Source of the DNA: Octopus vulgaris
Taxonomy: Eukaryota
Direction: 5' to 3'
DNA: 64,000 nt
NCBI GenBank assembly: GCA_951406725.2
Contig: OX597839.1
Span: forward strand, 7,688,001 to 7,752,000
Shown: one piece after another, positions 15,159 to 28,079 of the stretch
Numbering within the stretch: the first letter of the stretch is position 1
Layout: the number at the start of each line of letters is the position of its first letter
The notes under the pieces: model-generated
Databases searched by the model: none
Told to the model about the DNA's origin: nothing
Seen by the model: only the letters and a program-made list of their open reading frames with translations
Program-made: the position numbers and the translations under genes

Positions 15159-15392
15159 TGTGAAGACGCGTAGCTTAGTGATTAGGCTGTTTCACTTACG
15201 ATCGCAAGATCACGGGTTCGATCCCCAGACCCGTGGTGCCTTGTGTTTTTTATCAAAACGCTTCATTTCAAGTTGATCTTCAGATCACCCCGTTTCGATC
15301 AGTGCCACGATGTTGGCCTCCTTGCCAATTCATTCGAAGGCTAAAATAATGCAAGTCGCATTGTGACCAGAGATGTGTAACAATGTCTGATA
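15159..15392 (+). mobile_element. Chimeric SINE: family D-type head plus family C tail B
   Basis: gtgaagacgcgtagcttagtgattagg...ttacgatcgcaag...ggttcgatcccc head; cattcgaaggctaaaataatgc...gcattgtgaccagagatgtgtaaca tail as at 35865-35915. Confidence 0.7.
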
Positions 15393-15395
15393 TAT

Positions 15396-15812
15396 ACTCT
15401 TTACTCTTTTACCTGTTTCAGTCATTTGACTGCGGCCATGCTGGAGCACCACCTTTAGTCGAGCAAATCGATCCCGGGACTTAGTCTTTGTAAGCCCAGT
15501 ACTTATTCTATCGGTCCCCTTTGCTGAACCGCTAAGTGACGGGGACGGAAACACAGAAGCATCGGTTGTCAAGCAATGCTAGAGGGACAAACACAGACAC
15601 ACAAACATATACACACACATACATATATACATATATGTACAATATATACGACAGGCTTTTTTCAGTTTCCGTCTACCAAATCCACTCACAAGGCATTGGT
15701 CGGCCCGAGGCTATAGCAGAAGACACTTGCCCAAGATGCCACGCAGTGGGACTGAACCCGGAACCATGTGGTTAGGTAAGCAATCTACTTACCACACAGC
15801 CACTCCTGCGCC
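15396..15812 (-). mobile_element. SINE family B, full length
   Basis: Reverse complement of the 13423-13861 type. Confidence 0.92.
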
Positions 15813-15841
15813 TATATATATATATAGACATATATACATAC

Positions 15842-15937
<96 letters not shown>

Positions 15938-16095
15938 ATATAGATATAGATATACACACATACACACACACATATATATATGCATATATATGAGTGTGTT
16001 TAACTCTACACAAACATTTGATCACTATAAACAAATCATCTGTGTGGCTGTTTGGTAAGAAATTGTCGAACCTGCGTCGCCTAACGAGATTTCGT

Positions 16096-16164
<69 letters not shown>

Positions 16165-16464
16165 TAAAGTGTGAAGAAGAAGTAATACCTGATCTCTTTC
16201 TCCCGACTGAAAGGTTCTCCGATTAAATGTATGGGTGCATGTAAGCCTGTTTCTTAGTGTTTGCTTGTCGGGCGAGAAATCATTGATTATTTTCCTGTTC
16301 TTCTCGTAGATTGTTCTGTGAAATTTATTCGAAAAACTTCCTATCCTTTATTAATGTTACTGAGATAATTAATCCATAATTATTTATATTTTAGTAGAAT
16401 ATTTTCATCTTTAATTAGCTCCATCTACAATAGCAGCGCAAAAGATAATTTACCATCAGCATTG

Positions 16465-16480
16465 TCATCGTCACCATCAC

Positions 16481-16553
<73 letters not shown>

Positions 16554-16611
16554 TTCATCCCCACCATCACCATCACTACCACCATCATCATCATCGTTAT
16601 TATTATTATTA

Positions 16612-16666
<55 letters not shown>

Positions 16667-16671
16667 CATCA

Positions 16672-16717
<46 letters not shown>

Positions 16718-16722
16718 CATCA

Positions 16723-16757
<35 letters not shown>
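16465..16757. repeat. (CAT)n/(TAT)n microsatellite
   Basis: Read directly. Confidence 0.95.
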
Positions 16758-16864
16758 TAAGTTGATATTCATAAAATTGTAATTTTGTTTTTAATACATA
16801 TATTTTCCGCTTTATTTTTCTGACGTTATCTCAAATAACTTAATCCAGGCTTCCCCACTTCCTC

Positions 16865-16905
<41 letters not shown>

Positions 16906-17141
16906 ACACACACACACACACGCACACACATTGTAATTCCCTTTAATAACTCGTGAGCCATTAATATTTTTTTGCGTATATTTCGATAACACCAAGTTAA
17001 TGAAGCCGACACAAATTCAAAAGATCCGTATCCATTGAAAGCGAAATGAGAAATATAGCCTTGCTCTCCTACTCCATGTGTATGCAAGTATATATGTATA
17101 TATGTTTGTATGGATGTGTATATATTGTATATATGTTTATA

Positions 17142-17190
<49 letters not shown>

Positions 17191-17206
17191 TGAAAGTATG
17201 TATATA

Positions 17207-17244
<38 letters not shown>

Positions 17245-17567
17245 TACACATGCTTTCAGAGACATAAACACTGACACACACACATATATATATACACTCA
17301 TTTTATACTTATATACATATGTATTTATGTGCAAATATTTACATTAATATGCATACACATATGCACACATATTTTGTATGTGTGTATATAGATATATGCA
17401 AATGCGTATATATGTGTGTGTATGTGTGTGTGTGTGTATGACTGTATCTATCTGTGTATAGATATATAACTGTATGTCTACACACATACATGTATGCATA
17501 TACTCATACATACACACACTCAAATACACATATATACATACATACATCTGCATAAATATATATATGT

Positions 17568-17643
<76 letters not shown>

Positions 17644-18271
17644 AAACTGTGCGATCACAAATGTTACTCCGTGTTTCACAACTTATTGTCAGAATATTAT
17701 TAGAAAATATTCTCGGTCGATTATTTCCCCGACTTTCCATAAGTGGTTAGGAGAGACCCAGATGAGCATCTTTGGAAGATTCCACTTTCAGCAAACTATT
17801 TTGTTTTCTCTTTTAACCCTCCGTAGATTGTTTCTCACTTAATTTATCTTTAACACATTCCTCAGTCCTTCCATGTAAGCACTAATATAGACCAGTAACA
17901 ATAGATATTCCACGAGATATTTTGCCATCAATTTGTGAAATGGATTTAAACAGTTTCTGCTGCGTGTGTAGCATTATCACAAATACTTTACTAGTGTTTG
18001 CGTAAGCTATCTTATGTCTAAACAGCAACGCATTAACCCCTGTGTTAAAGGAGTTGGGAAGCTTATTTTCCTGAGATCCAGGCAACTGTTTATATGTTTC
18101 CTTGTCCCCGTGAATGTAATTTTGAAGCAATTTTTTGCAGAGCTAGTGGATATTTCTTGACCAAGGTTAGGAACATACAGGGTTATACATAGGTATGGGT
18201 GAACTGTCATTAATCGTTATGTAAAGAACGAACATACGTTTGAATTCGCAAATGAAAGACGCAAGATTTCG

Positions 18272-18341
18272 TATTTCATTACTGCCCACTGGGGGGCTAC
18301 ACACAGAGGGGACCAACAAGGGCAGACAAACAGATTAAGTC
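18272..18341 (-). mobile_element. SINE family A 3' fragment
   Basis: tatttcattactgcccactggggggctacacacagagggg. Confidence 0.75.
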
Positions 18342-18354
18342 CGTTTAACTTCGT

Positions 18355-18429
18355 ATATAGTACGCACCAGGGATTTTGACCTTTAAATTTTTGGGGGAAA
18401 ATGCCGATTATACACGAGGATTTACGGTA
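18355..18429 (+). mobile_element. TcMar (Tc2/pogo-like) terminal fragment
   Basis: Ends gattatacacgaggatttacgg|TA; the reverse complement TA|CCGTAAATCCTCGTGTATAATC resembles Tc2-type TIRs. Confidence 0.5.
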
Positions 18430-18765
18430 TATATTTGTTGAACGTCATGAAACTCACACCCTTCACGTTTATTATTGATCGCATTATATCCATCTTCACA
18501 AATTTACACTGTTCTGATTTAATGCGGTTAAGTAGGTTTTTAATTTTACTGTCACTGTATTCTATTATTACCGTTAATTTCTCATCTGGTGTGAAGCATT
18601 TGTCTTCTGTTTTACGAGATTTTTAACAATTTGTCCATTTATTTTATAGTTAGTATGCATTTGTCTCATACATTTTATGTGTGATCTGTGTATTCTCAAC
18701 AGGTATCTGTTGAATTTGATGCGTTGTATTTCATCTTGTATTGCTCTATGAGTCGGTCTGCTAAA

Positions 18766-18840
18766 ATAGGCGGAGATAGAATGAGATAGGCGGAGATAGA
18801 GAGAGATAGGCGGAGATAGAGTGAGATAGGCGGAGATAGG
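18766..18840. repeat. 20-bp minisatellite, about 3.7 units
   Basis: ataggcggagataga(a/g)(t/a)gag repeated with period 20. Confidence 0.9.
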
Positions 18841-19346
18841 ATGCTCATGGAAAATACTCCATAAAAAACCATGGGTACCAGACTTTTGGGACAGGCGCCT
18901 TTTTGTACTTACCTTTTCTCCAACTACAGGCATATGCTCGGGGTAGGTCCGTTCCCTCGCACCATTCTCGCCACTTTCATCCACCTTTCAACAAACTGGT
19001 TAGAAGTTTGCCCTTATTTTCCTTCTCAAGTGAAACATGAAGTAATGACAATAATTGAGAGGGAAATCGGTTTAAAAGCTTCAGTTGAGAAGTTGAGAAG
19101 TGATTAGACAGACATGTGATAAAAGCTTTTTCAGCGATAATCATCGTCTCTTTCATTATGTATTTAACCCAACATTACCCGATGAGTTCTTCCATTTTAT
19201 AAAGATGCAGAGAGATTTAGCTTCTATTTCTACAAGACTAAGCACAAAGAGACTTTCTAAATGCTATTTCGCTTCCGCCGCTGTTCCTGTTACTTCCGTT
19301 GCTGTTCACGTTGTTGTTCCTGCTGTTGCTATTGCTGCTGTTGTTG

Positions 19347-19728
19347 CTGCTGTTGCTGCTGTTGAGCGAACGGTCTTCGTCCCAGAGCTCGCAAGATGGG
19401 AGAAGTCCGAAACGTGGCCCTTTGCTATTCGTAAGACCCGCAGAAGAGAAAGCAGATCAACCCCCTACAACCGAGAGCATCGACGGATGGATGAATGCGC
19501 ATCCAGGCTCAGCGGTTGCGTAGGAAGTCGGGGACAAGAAACAGGAAGAAAGAGTGAGAGAAAGCTGGGGCGAAAGAGTACAACAGGGGTCGCCACCCCC
19601 CTGCCGGAGCCTCGTGGAGCTTTAGGTGTTTTCGCTCAATAAACACACACAACGCTCGGTCTGGGAATCGAAACCGCGATCCTTCGACCGCGAGTCCGCT
19701 GCCCTAACCAATGGGACATTGCGCCTCC
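19347..19728 (-). mobile_element. SINE family C with tail C; apparent 20-bp TSD
   Basis: tRNA-like head (A box tgtcccattgg, B box ggtttcgattccc); flanking tgctattgctgctgttgttg at 19327-19346 and 19729-19748. Confidence 0.88.
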
Positions 19729-20125
19729 TGCTATTGCTGCTGTTGTTGTGGTTATCGCTATTGTTATTATCGCTGTTGTTGTTGGTGGTGTTGTTTTGTT
19801 TGTTAAAGCTTCGAATATCCACACAACGTGTCTTATCTCTCTGACCGATTGGCTGCTTCTAGAACATTCCGCCGACGTTCATTAGACATAAACCAATAAA
19901 CAGTGAAGTCATTAAACAATATTAGCAATGTATCATTAGCATATCGACTTTCAATGGTATCACATCACAGGAGGACCTACAGCCTAACCTCCGTTATCTC
20001 AAAAACACTCCCTTTTACACGTACAACGCACGTACATACGCGTGAGCGAGCGCGTGTGTTTATGCACAAACGCTCACACACAAACACACACGGATACACA
20101 CACACACATACACACACACACACAT

Positions 20126-20192
<67 letters not shown>

Positions 20193-20484
20193 CATGCACA
20201 CTCGCACAAATATCCATACAAACACACACGGAAGTAAGTGTCAATCGACACTTACTCATTCGAGTAAGAAGCAAACAAGATAATATTATTAGTATTAGTA
20301 CACAAAAAAAAACCCAAAATATACAACAACAAAAACCTCAAAGACAAAAACAGGTCGGGTTTACATCGATCAGAGGGAGATACTACCACATTAAGGAATA
20401 TAACAGAGGATACATAATAGAAATTAGAGAAATAAATAATAAAAAAATAATTAGAATCATCAATAGAAGAGTAATCCACTTATA

Positions 20485-22111
20485 CTGGTAGAATGTGTTT
20501 ATAAAACATCTTTTCTCTTGACTTTATTGAGAAAGTTCTATAGTTTGTATGACATTTGTCGTTTTTTTTCTTCAATTTCTGCAATTTCAACCAATCAATG
20601 ACGTCTATTGAGGTGAAAACATTCTGTGCCGTATGAATATGTCCCTCGTTTAAGAAACAGATTGGGTTTATTTACATTTCTGAAGAAATAAAGATAGCCT
20701 TCCCCTCACCGCTAACCCTAATCCTAACCCTAACTAACCCTAACCTTAAAAATTTGCTGTAAACCACCTGTAAAATAACCCTGTAAATTTGCTTTCGGCT
20801 TTCTTAGCCATTTCTGTTTTGAGTCTTCAAGCCATGAAGTCGTCGTCGAAAAGAAGGCTGGTCTCCTTGGCAACGCTCACGACGTTGATTTCCTTACCCT
20901 GCCTTCCCCACAGCTTCATGGAGGGAAGAGGGGGAGGAGCAAGACAGGTGCAGGTGTGAGCATTGGACGCCAACTCCGCCGCCACCGACACAAAGAAAAA
21001 TTGGAAGAAACCAGACGACAACTCACAGTGAAACACTACGACGGACAACTCTGCCACAAACATCACCACCACCACCACCACCACCACCACGACGTATTCT
21101 GGTAGAATGTGTTTATAAAACATCTTTTCTCTTGGCTTTATTGAGAAAGTTCTATAGTTTGTAAGATATTTGTTGTTTTTTTTTCTTCAGTTTCTGCAAT
21201 TTCAAACCAATCACTGACGTTTATTGAGGTAAAAAATATCATTCTGTGCCGTATGGATATGTCCCTCGTTTGAGAAACAGATTGGGTTTATTTACATTTG
21301 TGAAGAAAAAAATATACCCTTCCCCCCACCCCTAACCCTAACCCTAACCCTAAAACAGATTGAAATGCAATAGATCGATATTAGGGACATAATTATGGGT
21401 GACAATGTCATATGACACTGCTAGAAAAAACTGCCGTTCAAACCGAAAAGATCTATGTTTAGTTGGATATAAAGATTACTTTTCGGCATTAATAACCTTT
21501 CCGTCGATTAATAATTTTTTAAAACAATTTATGTGTCTCTACTTGTATATAGAGGTGAATATAGATATGTGATAATCTGTTTACATATGTAAATCTTATT
21601 AAGTTCGTACTAAGTATTCAATTCAGTGTATAATATTCTACGTAACTTAGAAATCCACATTATGTATGAGATAAGAATTAAGAATCTAATATATGGGGTT
21701 TATTAAAGGAAATTCTCAAGTATCATTATAACAGTTGCATGTGTCTACTTGTTTAATCTGCTCGGGTTACTAATTCAACTGAATATAATTCAGCTGAAAA
21801 CGATGTATGTCGATGAAGTCATGTAAGCTCCGGATCTTTTCGGTTTGAACGGCAGTTTTTTCTAGCGGTGTCATATGAAATTGTCACCCATATTTATGAC
21901 CGTAGAATCGATCTATTGCATTTCATTTTCTTTTAGGGTTAGGTGTGGGGGAATGGTATCTTTTTACTTCACAAATGTAAATAAACTTAATCTGTTTCTT
22001 AAACGAGGGACATATTCATACGGCACAGAATGTTTTCACCTCAATAGACGTCATTGATTGGTTGAAATTGCAGAAATTGAAGAAAAAAACAACAAATATC
22101 TTATAAACTAT
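20485..22111. mobile_element. Three copies of an unclassified element with internal telomeric (CCCTAA)n: 20485-20748 (+), 21099-21454 (+), 21833-22111 (-)
   Basis: Shared caatttcaaccaatca.tgacgt.tattgaggt...gtccctcgttt.agaaacagatt...ccctaa; copies 2 and 3 share the end ctgccgttcaaaccgaaaagatc. Confidence 0.85.
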
Positions 22112-22496
22112 AAGTAGCTTGCTTACCCACCACATGGTTCCGGGTTTAGTCCCACTGCGTGGCACCTTGGACAAGTGTCTTTCTCTATAGCTTCGAGCCT
22201 TATGAGTGGATCTGGTAAACGGAAACTGAAAGAAGCCCGTCGTATATATGTATATATATATATATATGTGTGTGTGTGTTTGTGTGTCTGTGTTTGTCCC
22301 TCTAGCATTGCTTGACAACCAATGCTGGTGTGTTTATGTCCCCGTCACTTAGCGGTTCGGCAAAAAGAGACCGATAGAATAAGTACTGGGCTTACAAAGA
22401 ATAAGTCCCGGGGTCGAGTTGCTCGATTAAAGGCGGTGCTCCAGCATGGCCGCAGTCAAATGACTGAAACAAGTAAAAGAGTAAAAGAGTAAAAGA
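22112..22496 (+). mobile_element. SINE family B, slightly 5'-truncated
   Basis: Matches the family B copies at 13423 and 15396. Confidence 0.9.
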
Positions 22497-22714
22497 ATAT
22501 ATATACATACATACATACATACATACATACATACATGTGTGTGTCTCTGTGTGTATGTGTGTATGTGTGTGCTTGTGTGTATTTGCGTGTATTTGCGTGT
22601 GTGGTGTGCGGCCCCCGTTGAAACACTCTGGAATATTAAATTGAATGTTAAATACTCTTAATATGCAAATTAGCAGGCCCGTGTTTCTCTGGAATTGGTC
22701 AAATTCTTGTAGAG

Positions 22715-22755
22715 ACATCTGACGAGAACTCAATAAGGTTAGAAACTCGTTGAAG
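22715..22755 (+). ncRNA. Decayed hammerhead ribozyme motif in a PLE-like 3' fragment
   Basis: CTGACGA-gaac-tcaataag-gtta-GAAAC-tc-GTT; stems I and II are imperfect. Confidence 0.45.
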
Positions 22756-22835
22756 ACATTTCATCATATTTTTTTCAATATACAGAGAAAAAGCTACATT
22801 TTGGCCTGTTTACATAACTACTATATAAGTTACAT

Positions 22836-23219
22836 GTGGAGGTGCAATGGCCCAGTGGTTAGGGCAGCGGACTCGCGGTCGTAGGATCGCGGTTTCGATT
22901 CCCAGACCGGGCGTTGTGAGTGTTTATTGAGCGAAAACACCTAAAGCTCCATGAGGCTCCAGCAGGGGATGGTGGTGATCCCTGCTGTACTCTTTCACCA
23001 CAACTTTCTCACACTCTTACTTCCTGTTTCTGTTGTACCTGTATTTCAAAGGGCCGGCCTTGTCACTCTCTGTGTCACGCTGAATATCCCCGAGAACTAC
23101 GTTAAGGGTACACGTGTCTGTGGAGTGCTCAGCCACTTACACGTTAATTTCACGAGCAGGCTGTTCCGTTGATTCGGATCAACCGGAACCCTCGTCGCTG
23201 TAACCGACGGAGTGCTTCC
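22836..23219 (+). mobile_element. SINE family C with tail A, full length, 11-bp TSD
   Basis: A box TGGCCCAGTGG, B box GGTTTCGATTCCC; ataagttacat at 22825-22835 and 23220-23230. Confidence 0.93.
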
Positions 23220-23226
23220 ATAAGTT

Positions 23227-23271
<45 letters not shown>

Positions 23272-23273
<2 letters not shown>

Positions 23274-23504
23274 TCCGCACCGGACTCTGTTGTGTTCTTG
23301 AACAAGGCCCTTTATTTCACGTTGTTCCACTTCACTCAGTTGTAGAAATGAGTTGTAGCGTTACTTTGGGTAGCATCGGTGGGCGTGGAGAAGAGAAGCC
23401 GGTATGCATGGACGACTACTAGTCTCCCATAAACAAGAATCTGTCTCGGAGCGGAACTTTCACGCTTCAATTCCATGGTCATTCGTGACTGAAGGGGTGT
23501 CTCT
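23272..23504 (+). mobile_element. SINE family D, 5'-truncated
   Basis: tgttgtgttcttgaacaagg...cactcagttgtagaaatgag...gtgactgaaggggtgtctc matches the reverse complement of 44133-44400. Confidence 0.8.
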
Positions 23505-23627
23505 ACCTTCGAACACACACAGACATATATATATATACATATAATACACACACACACACAGACATATATATATACATATAATACACACACACACACACAT
23601 ATATATAAATATGTGTATATATGTGTG

Positions 23628-23704
<77 letters not shown>

Positions 23705-24070
23705 AGTGAGAGAGGATGCAGAAATAAACGTGTGTAGCACATAAGTCAATAAATTCACGAGTCTCTTACTAAGAATTAATCTGTCATGCTAAACAAATTA
23801 GGAATGATGTTCTATAAAAATGAAATATATAAAATTTTCACCGTTTAATTAGATATACTCGAGGCAGTAAAATTCATCATCTAGCTACACTGAAGCAAAA
23901 TATCTTTTGTCAATATTCAGTCCCAGGACTACACGTTGTTTCTGACAGTTACATACAAGTCAACGTGAACGCTTCTTCAGCGGGATTCTGAATTCAAATT
24001 CCAAGATCCGTATAAATTGGTCCTTGTCGTACTCGGTGAAAATATATGGTATTGCGTTTATTATTTATCA

Positions 24071-24673
24071 CTAGTGAGACCCCTGAATATTTCACGGATT
24101 TCACAGTAAACCTTTTGGTCTATTTCTGTGATAGGTGATATAAAAAAATCTTAGTTCAATTAAAAAAATACACTTTTCATTATCCAATCCCCGCTACCAC
24201 AACCACCTCACGACCATCATCATCTCTCTCTTCCTCTCACTCTCCTCTTGCCTTCCCCTCTTCTCTTCCCCTCTTCCTTTCCCCTTTTCTCTCTCCCCTT
24301 TTCCCTCTGTCCTCTGTACCTTCTCCGTCTCTGTCTTTCTCTCTCTTTCTCTCTCTCCCGCTCTTTCTCTCTCTCCCGCTCTTTCTCTCTCTCACTCTCC
24401 TATCTCTGCTTTTCTTTAACTTCACCATCAGAACATCACCCCTCTGCTAAAATTATATTTTTTACTCTCCTCTTCTACCTTCAAATAACTTTTTAACCAC
24501 GCAATAAATATTACGTTCCCCCTACCTCACGTCATGGATGCTTATCTCTCCCTATTTTTCTCCGTCCCTCTCTCTCTCTCTCTCTCTCTCTCTTTTCTCC
24601 CTCTTTTCTCTAATCACGCGGAAGAGTTACCGGCGGGCTAAGTAACGAAACGACAAGCATAATTATTACAAGA
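24071..24673 (-). mobile_element. Non-autonomous Helitron (about 600 bp) with an internal (GA)-rich tract
   Basis: Minus strand: A|TCTTGTAATAATTAT at the 5' end; 3' hairpin ccgtgaaatattcagggg followed by tctcaCTAG|T. Confidence 0.7.
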
Positions 24674-24914
24674 TGTTATGGTGGTATTCCATAAAGTACT
24701 CGTACGGTATATCTTTCCGTCCATACGCGCAATGTTTTACAATTTCCTTTGCCTGCTACATGAGAAGTGGTCGTGAACACGTAATTCAACTACACCACGT
24801 TTATTGGATGAAATATGAACCGAGTTGACTCTAACGATCTTCTGACAGCACAAAGAATTGTGAGACAGTGACAAAGCGAGAGAGAGAGAGGAAGAGAGAG
24901 GGAGAGAGAGAGGG

Positions 24915-25072
24915 AAGAGTCAATTCCATTATTTGATGGCACTTAATTACCTTGAGGCGATAAGAGACAGTTGATCTCTTGGCAAAATTCGAACTTAGGA
25001 TGCAAAATTGCAGAAAAAATTACCGAAAGGAATTTGTCTAAACATTCCATCAATTCTGACAATCTTCTGCCA
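24915..25072 (-). mobile_element. SINE family A, very decayed
   Basis: aaaattcgaacttaggatg...caattctgacaatcttctgcc aligns loosely to the reverse complement of the family A head. Confidence 0.45.
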
Positions 25073-25683
25073 GTGTCGCTATATTAAAAATCAATAGTAA
25101 AAACATTGATATTTTATATTGCGTGTATTTATGTATTTGTTCAACGCTTCGTGTCTTTTTATTTTCTCTAAATTATCTCCCCTTGTTATTTTTTCATTTG
25201 TCTTAATTCAAGACGTTATCAAGTCTGTCAGGTAAAATAAACATTCGAGAGAAGAAAAAATGTTTTTGTTGTTGGCAGCCGGCGTTTGTTATTGTTGTTA
25301 TTCATTTGCGATTAACGCATTAAAACAGTCTTTCTTTACCGACACCGCTTTCTGTTTTTCAGTTGTCGTCGTCGCTGTCGATGTTGTTACTGTAACTGCA
25401 TTTGTTTTTGTTGTAGAACTTGCTAGCAGTACCGGTGGTAGTGTTAATGATACGTGTACAGTACTTTGTGGTTTTCTTTGCAGAGTGTGTTTTATTGTTT
25501 TGTTACCTTACAGGATGCTGATGTGCTGCGATGTCAATTATATTAACGGTGAGGTGGGCGATGATGGTACGAGCGATGATGCTGTTCCGTAACATAGAGT
25601 TGTTGTTGATATTGTTTTATCTCAGTTCCCCTTGTCGAAAGGTTATCTGCGCTTACGTACTCACCATCACCGTCTGGTATGGT

Positions 25684-25876
25684 CAGTGGCGGCTCGTAGA
25701 TAAAATTAGTGGAGGTGCTGCTTCAGGAAATTTTTAGCCGTCGTTTTCATATTGTGTAAAAGGAAACAAACATATAAAAAGAATATTCATACATAAACTT
25801 GATCGGTTCGCGCTTTAGTCACTACTGGGAAGCGTGTTTAATGTGTTCACTGGACAACGCCACGAATCCCCCCTTG
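25684..25876. mobile_element. Possible hAT-type MITE
   Basis: Starts CAGTGGCGGCTCGT; degenerate inverted end acgaatcccccctt. Confidence 0.35.
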
Positions 25877-25889
25877 TTTTGTTTTTTTC

Positions 25890-26328
25890 AAAAAACGTAG
25901 CGGCAGACGAAATACCTATTTCTTTACTATCCACAAGGGGCTAAACACAGAGAGGACAAACAAGGACAGACAAACGGATTAAGTCGATAAGGTCGACCCC
26001 AGTGCGTAACTGGTACTTATTTAATCGACCCCGAAAGGATAAAAGGCAAAGTCGACCCCGGTGGAATTTGAACTCAGAACGTAGCAGCAGACGAAATACC
26101 GCAAAGCATTTCGCCCGGCGTGCTAACGTTTCTGCCAGCTCGCCGCCTTTTTCTTTTATGGCGTGGAGCTTAGCTGTTTCGCTCATAAACACACACATCA
26201 CCCGGTCTGAGATTCGAACCCGCGATCTCTCGACCGCGAGTCCGCTGCTCTAACCACTAGGCCATGTGCCTCCACGAAATACTGCTAAACATTTCGCCCG
26301 GCGTGCTAACTTTTCTCCCAGCTTGCCA
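25890..26328 (-). mobile_element. Cluster: full SINE A (25917-26149), SINE C head (26160-26275), and flanking SINE A pieces
   Basis: Direct matches to the family A and C copies elsewhere in the window. Confidence 0.85.
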
Positions 26329-26485
26329 AATTATTATAGTTAATAATTTGAAGAGTCTTGGATATTATTTGAGGAATACTTGGACAGGATTTCTTGCAGG
26401 TTGTGTGGCCTGTGTTGGCAGTCCTTGAGTCGTTAAGTAACTGACCAGTGTTGGAGCATATGGTCTGGTGTCAGTGTGTGTGCTG

Positions 26486-26677
26486 TCTTCTTCTTCTTCT
26501 TCTTCTTCTTCTTCTTCTTCTTCTTCTTCTTCTTCTTCTTCTTCTTCTTCTTCTTCTTCTTCTTCTTCTTCTTCTTCTCATCTTCTTCTTCTTCTTCTTC
26601 TTCATCTTCTTCTTCTTCTTCTTCTTCTTCTTCTTCTTCTTCTTCTTCTTCTTCTTCTTCTTCTTCTTCTTCTTCTT

Positions 26678-26708
<31 letters not shown>

Positions 26709-27168
26709 TCATGACTCACACCATTAGCCACAGAGAATAATCTCTAATTCGAGCCTACTCTAAGCTACTAAGAATGCGTGTGGCAACTTGAAGATCCACC
26801 CACCACACGCGATAGACTGGCGGTTGCACGGACGCATGAAAGCTACCTCGTTAGCCTGATTCCGTAAACGGTGGCTTTTAACGGGTGGAGAGCTGAACCA
26901 TCCTGGGGTAGAGAGGATTCGGAATCTAGATTGGGTCTGAAAGTTTACCACACCATGGTTCCTCTGCTTTGTGGAAGAAGTAGGAAGAAAGAGTGAGAGA
27001 AAGTTGTGGTGAAAGAGTACAGCGGGGTTCACCACACCCTCCCCGACGGAGCCTCGTGTAGCTTAGGTTTTTTTGCTCAATAAACACTCACAATGCCCGG
27101 TCTGGGAATCGAAACCGCGCCCTTACGACCGCGAGTACGGCGCTCTAACCACTGGGCCATTGCGCCTT
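26486..27168 (-). mobile_element. SINE family C with tail D, ending in an expanded (AAG)n tract (26486-26707)
   Basis: Head 26985-27168 matches family C; a distinct 270-bp tail ends gagtcatgat(aag)n. Confidence 0.85.
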
Positions 27169-27307
27169 TACTGTGCTGTTGTTGGGGGTGCCAGTGGCGT
27201 CGTTGGTGTTAGTGATTGTGGAGGTCCTTCAAGGAGTGCAAGTATGCTTGATAGAACTTATATTGGTATTTATGATATGTTGGTGGTGGCGATGGTGATG
27301 GTGGTGG

Positions 27308-27353
<46 letters not shown>

Positions 27354-28079
27354 GGTGGTGGTGGTGCTAGTGTTAATATCTGTGGCATTGATATTGGTGT
27401 TGCTGTAACCTTTTTGTGATGGTGGTGTTGTTAGTATTTATGATGCTTGTTGTGTGTGTTTTTTTTTTCTTGCTGGAGTTGTTAGTAAAGATGGTGGTAA
27501 CGCGGTAGTGGTGTTGGTTTTGTCGCAGGTATTTTTTGGGGGGATCCAAAGATGATCTCATTGTTGATAATGGTTTTTTCTTGTTTATACTTTCACTAGC
27601 TTGCGGTATTCGTATGGCGAATGATGATGATGGTTCGGGGGTCTTTGTAATGTCAACGACGTTTGCAGGAAAAGAAATACAAAGAACGACAAGGAAAGAA
27701 CGAACGAAAAAAGAAGGAGAAAAAGATACAGAGAAAATGAACAAAAGATTGTTATTTGTGCAGCTTTAGTTTCATTTATAAAAATTAGCAGTTCTCTCGA
27801 ATGATCTGTTATGTGGATTTCACACGCAAATGGCCTGGCATCTTTTAATTCTATATAAACATTGGCAAAATTTGTTTCATTTTTCAATATAGAAATTTCC
27901 AAAAAAAAAAAAAAACGGGTAAATAAAACGTAAAAAAAAAAACCAAGTGAAGATAACTAATTCGTGTTTCATGTGTCCATTTATATTTATTTATTTTAAA
28001 TTATATTTTCTGATCACGTTTTTCTGAATGTTATTATTGTGATTATAAAGTTGTCAAACGCTTAAATAAATCTAGAGAA

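Noticed and set aside
16186-16290. Hairpin tttctcccgac/gtcgggcgagaaa as a hammerhead
   Set aside because: There is no CUGANGA core in register on either strand.
17640-18240. Decayed L1-like RT or host exon
   Set aside because: Only vague motif resemblance (YVPN, LPNSFNTG), not enough to call.
18766-18840. CRISPR-like repeat array
   Set aside because: There are no unique spacers and no cas genes, and the context is eukaryotic.
19100-19642. 180-aa ORF
   Set aside because: It runs through a microsatellite and the antisense strand of a SINE.
20712-21352. True telomere or chromosome-fusion site
   Set aside because: Only a few hexamers are present, embedded at a fixed position inside a repeated element.
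22836-22912. tRNA gene
   Set aside because: A and B boxes are present, but the cloverleaf is imperfect and continues into a SINE body with a TSD; the same applies to the other SINE heads.
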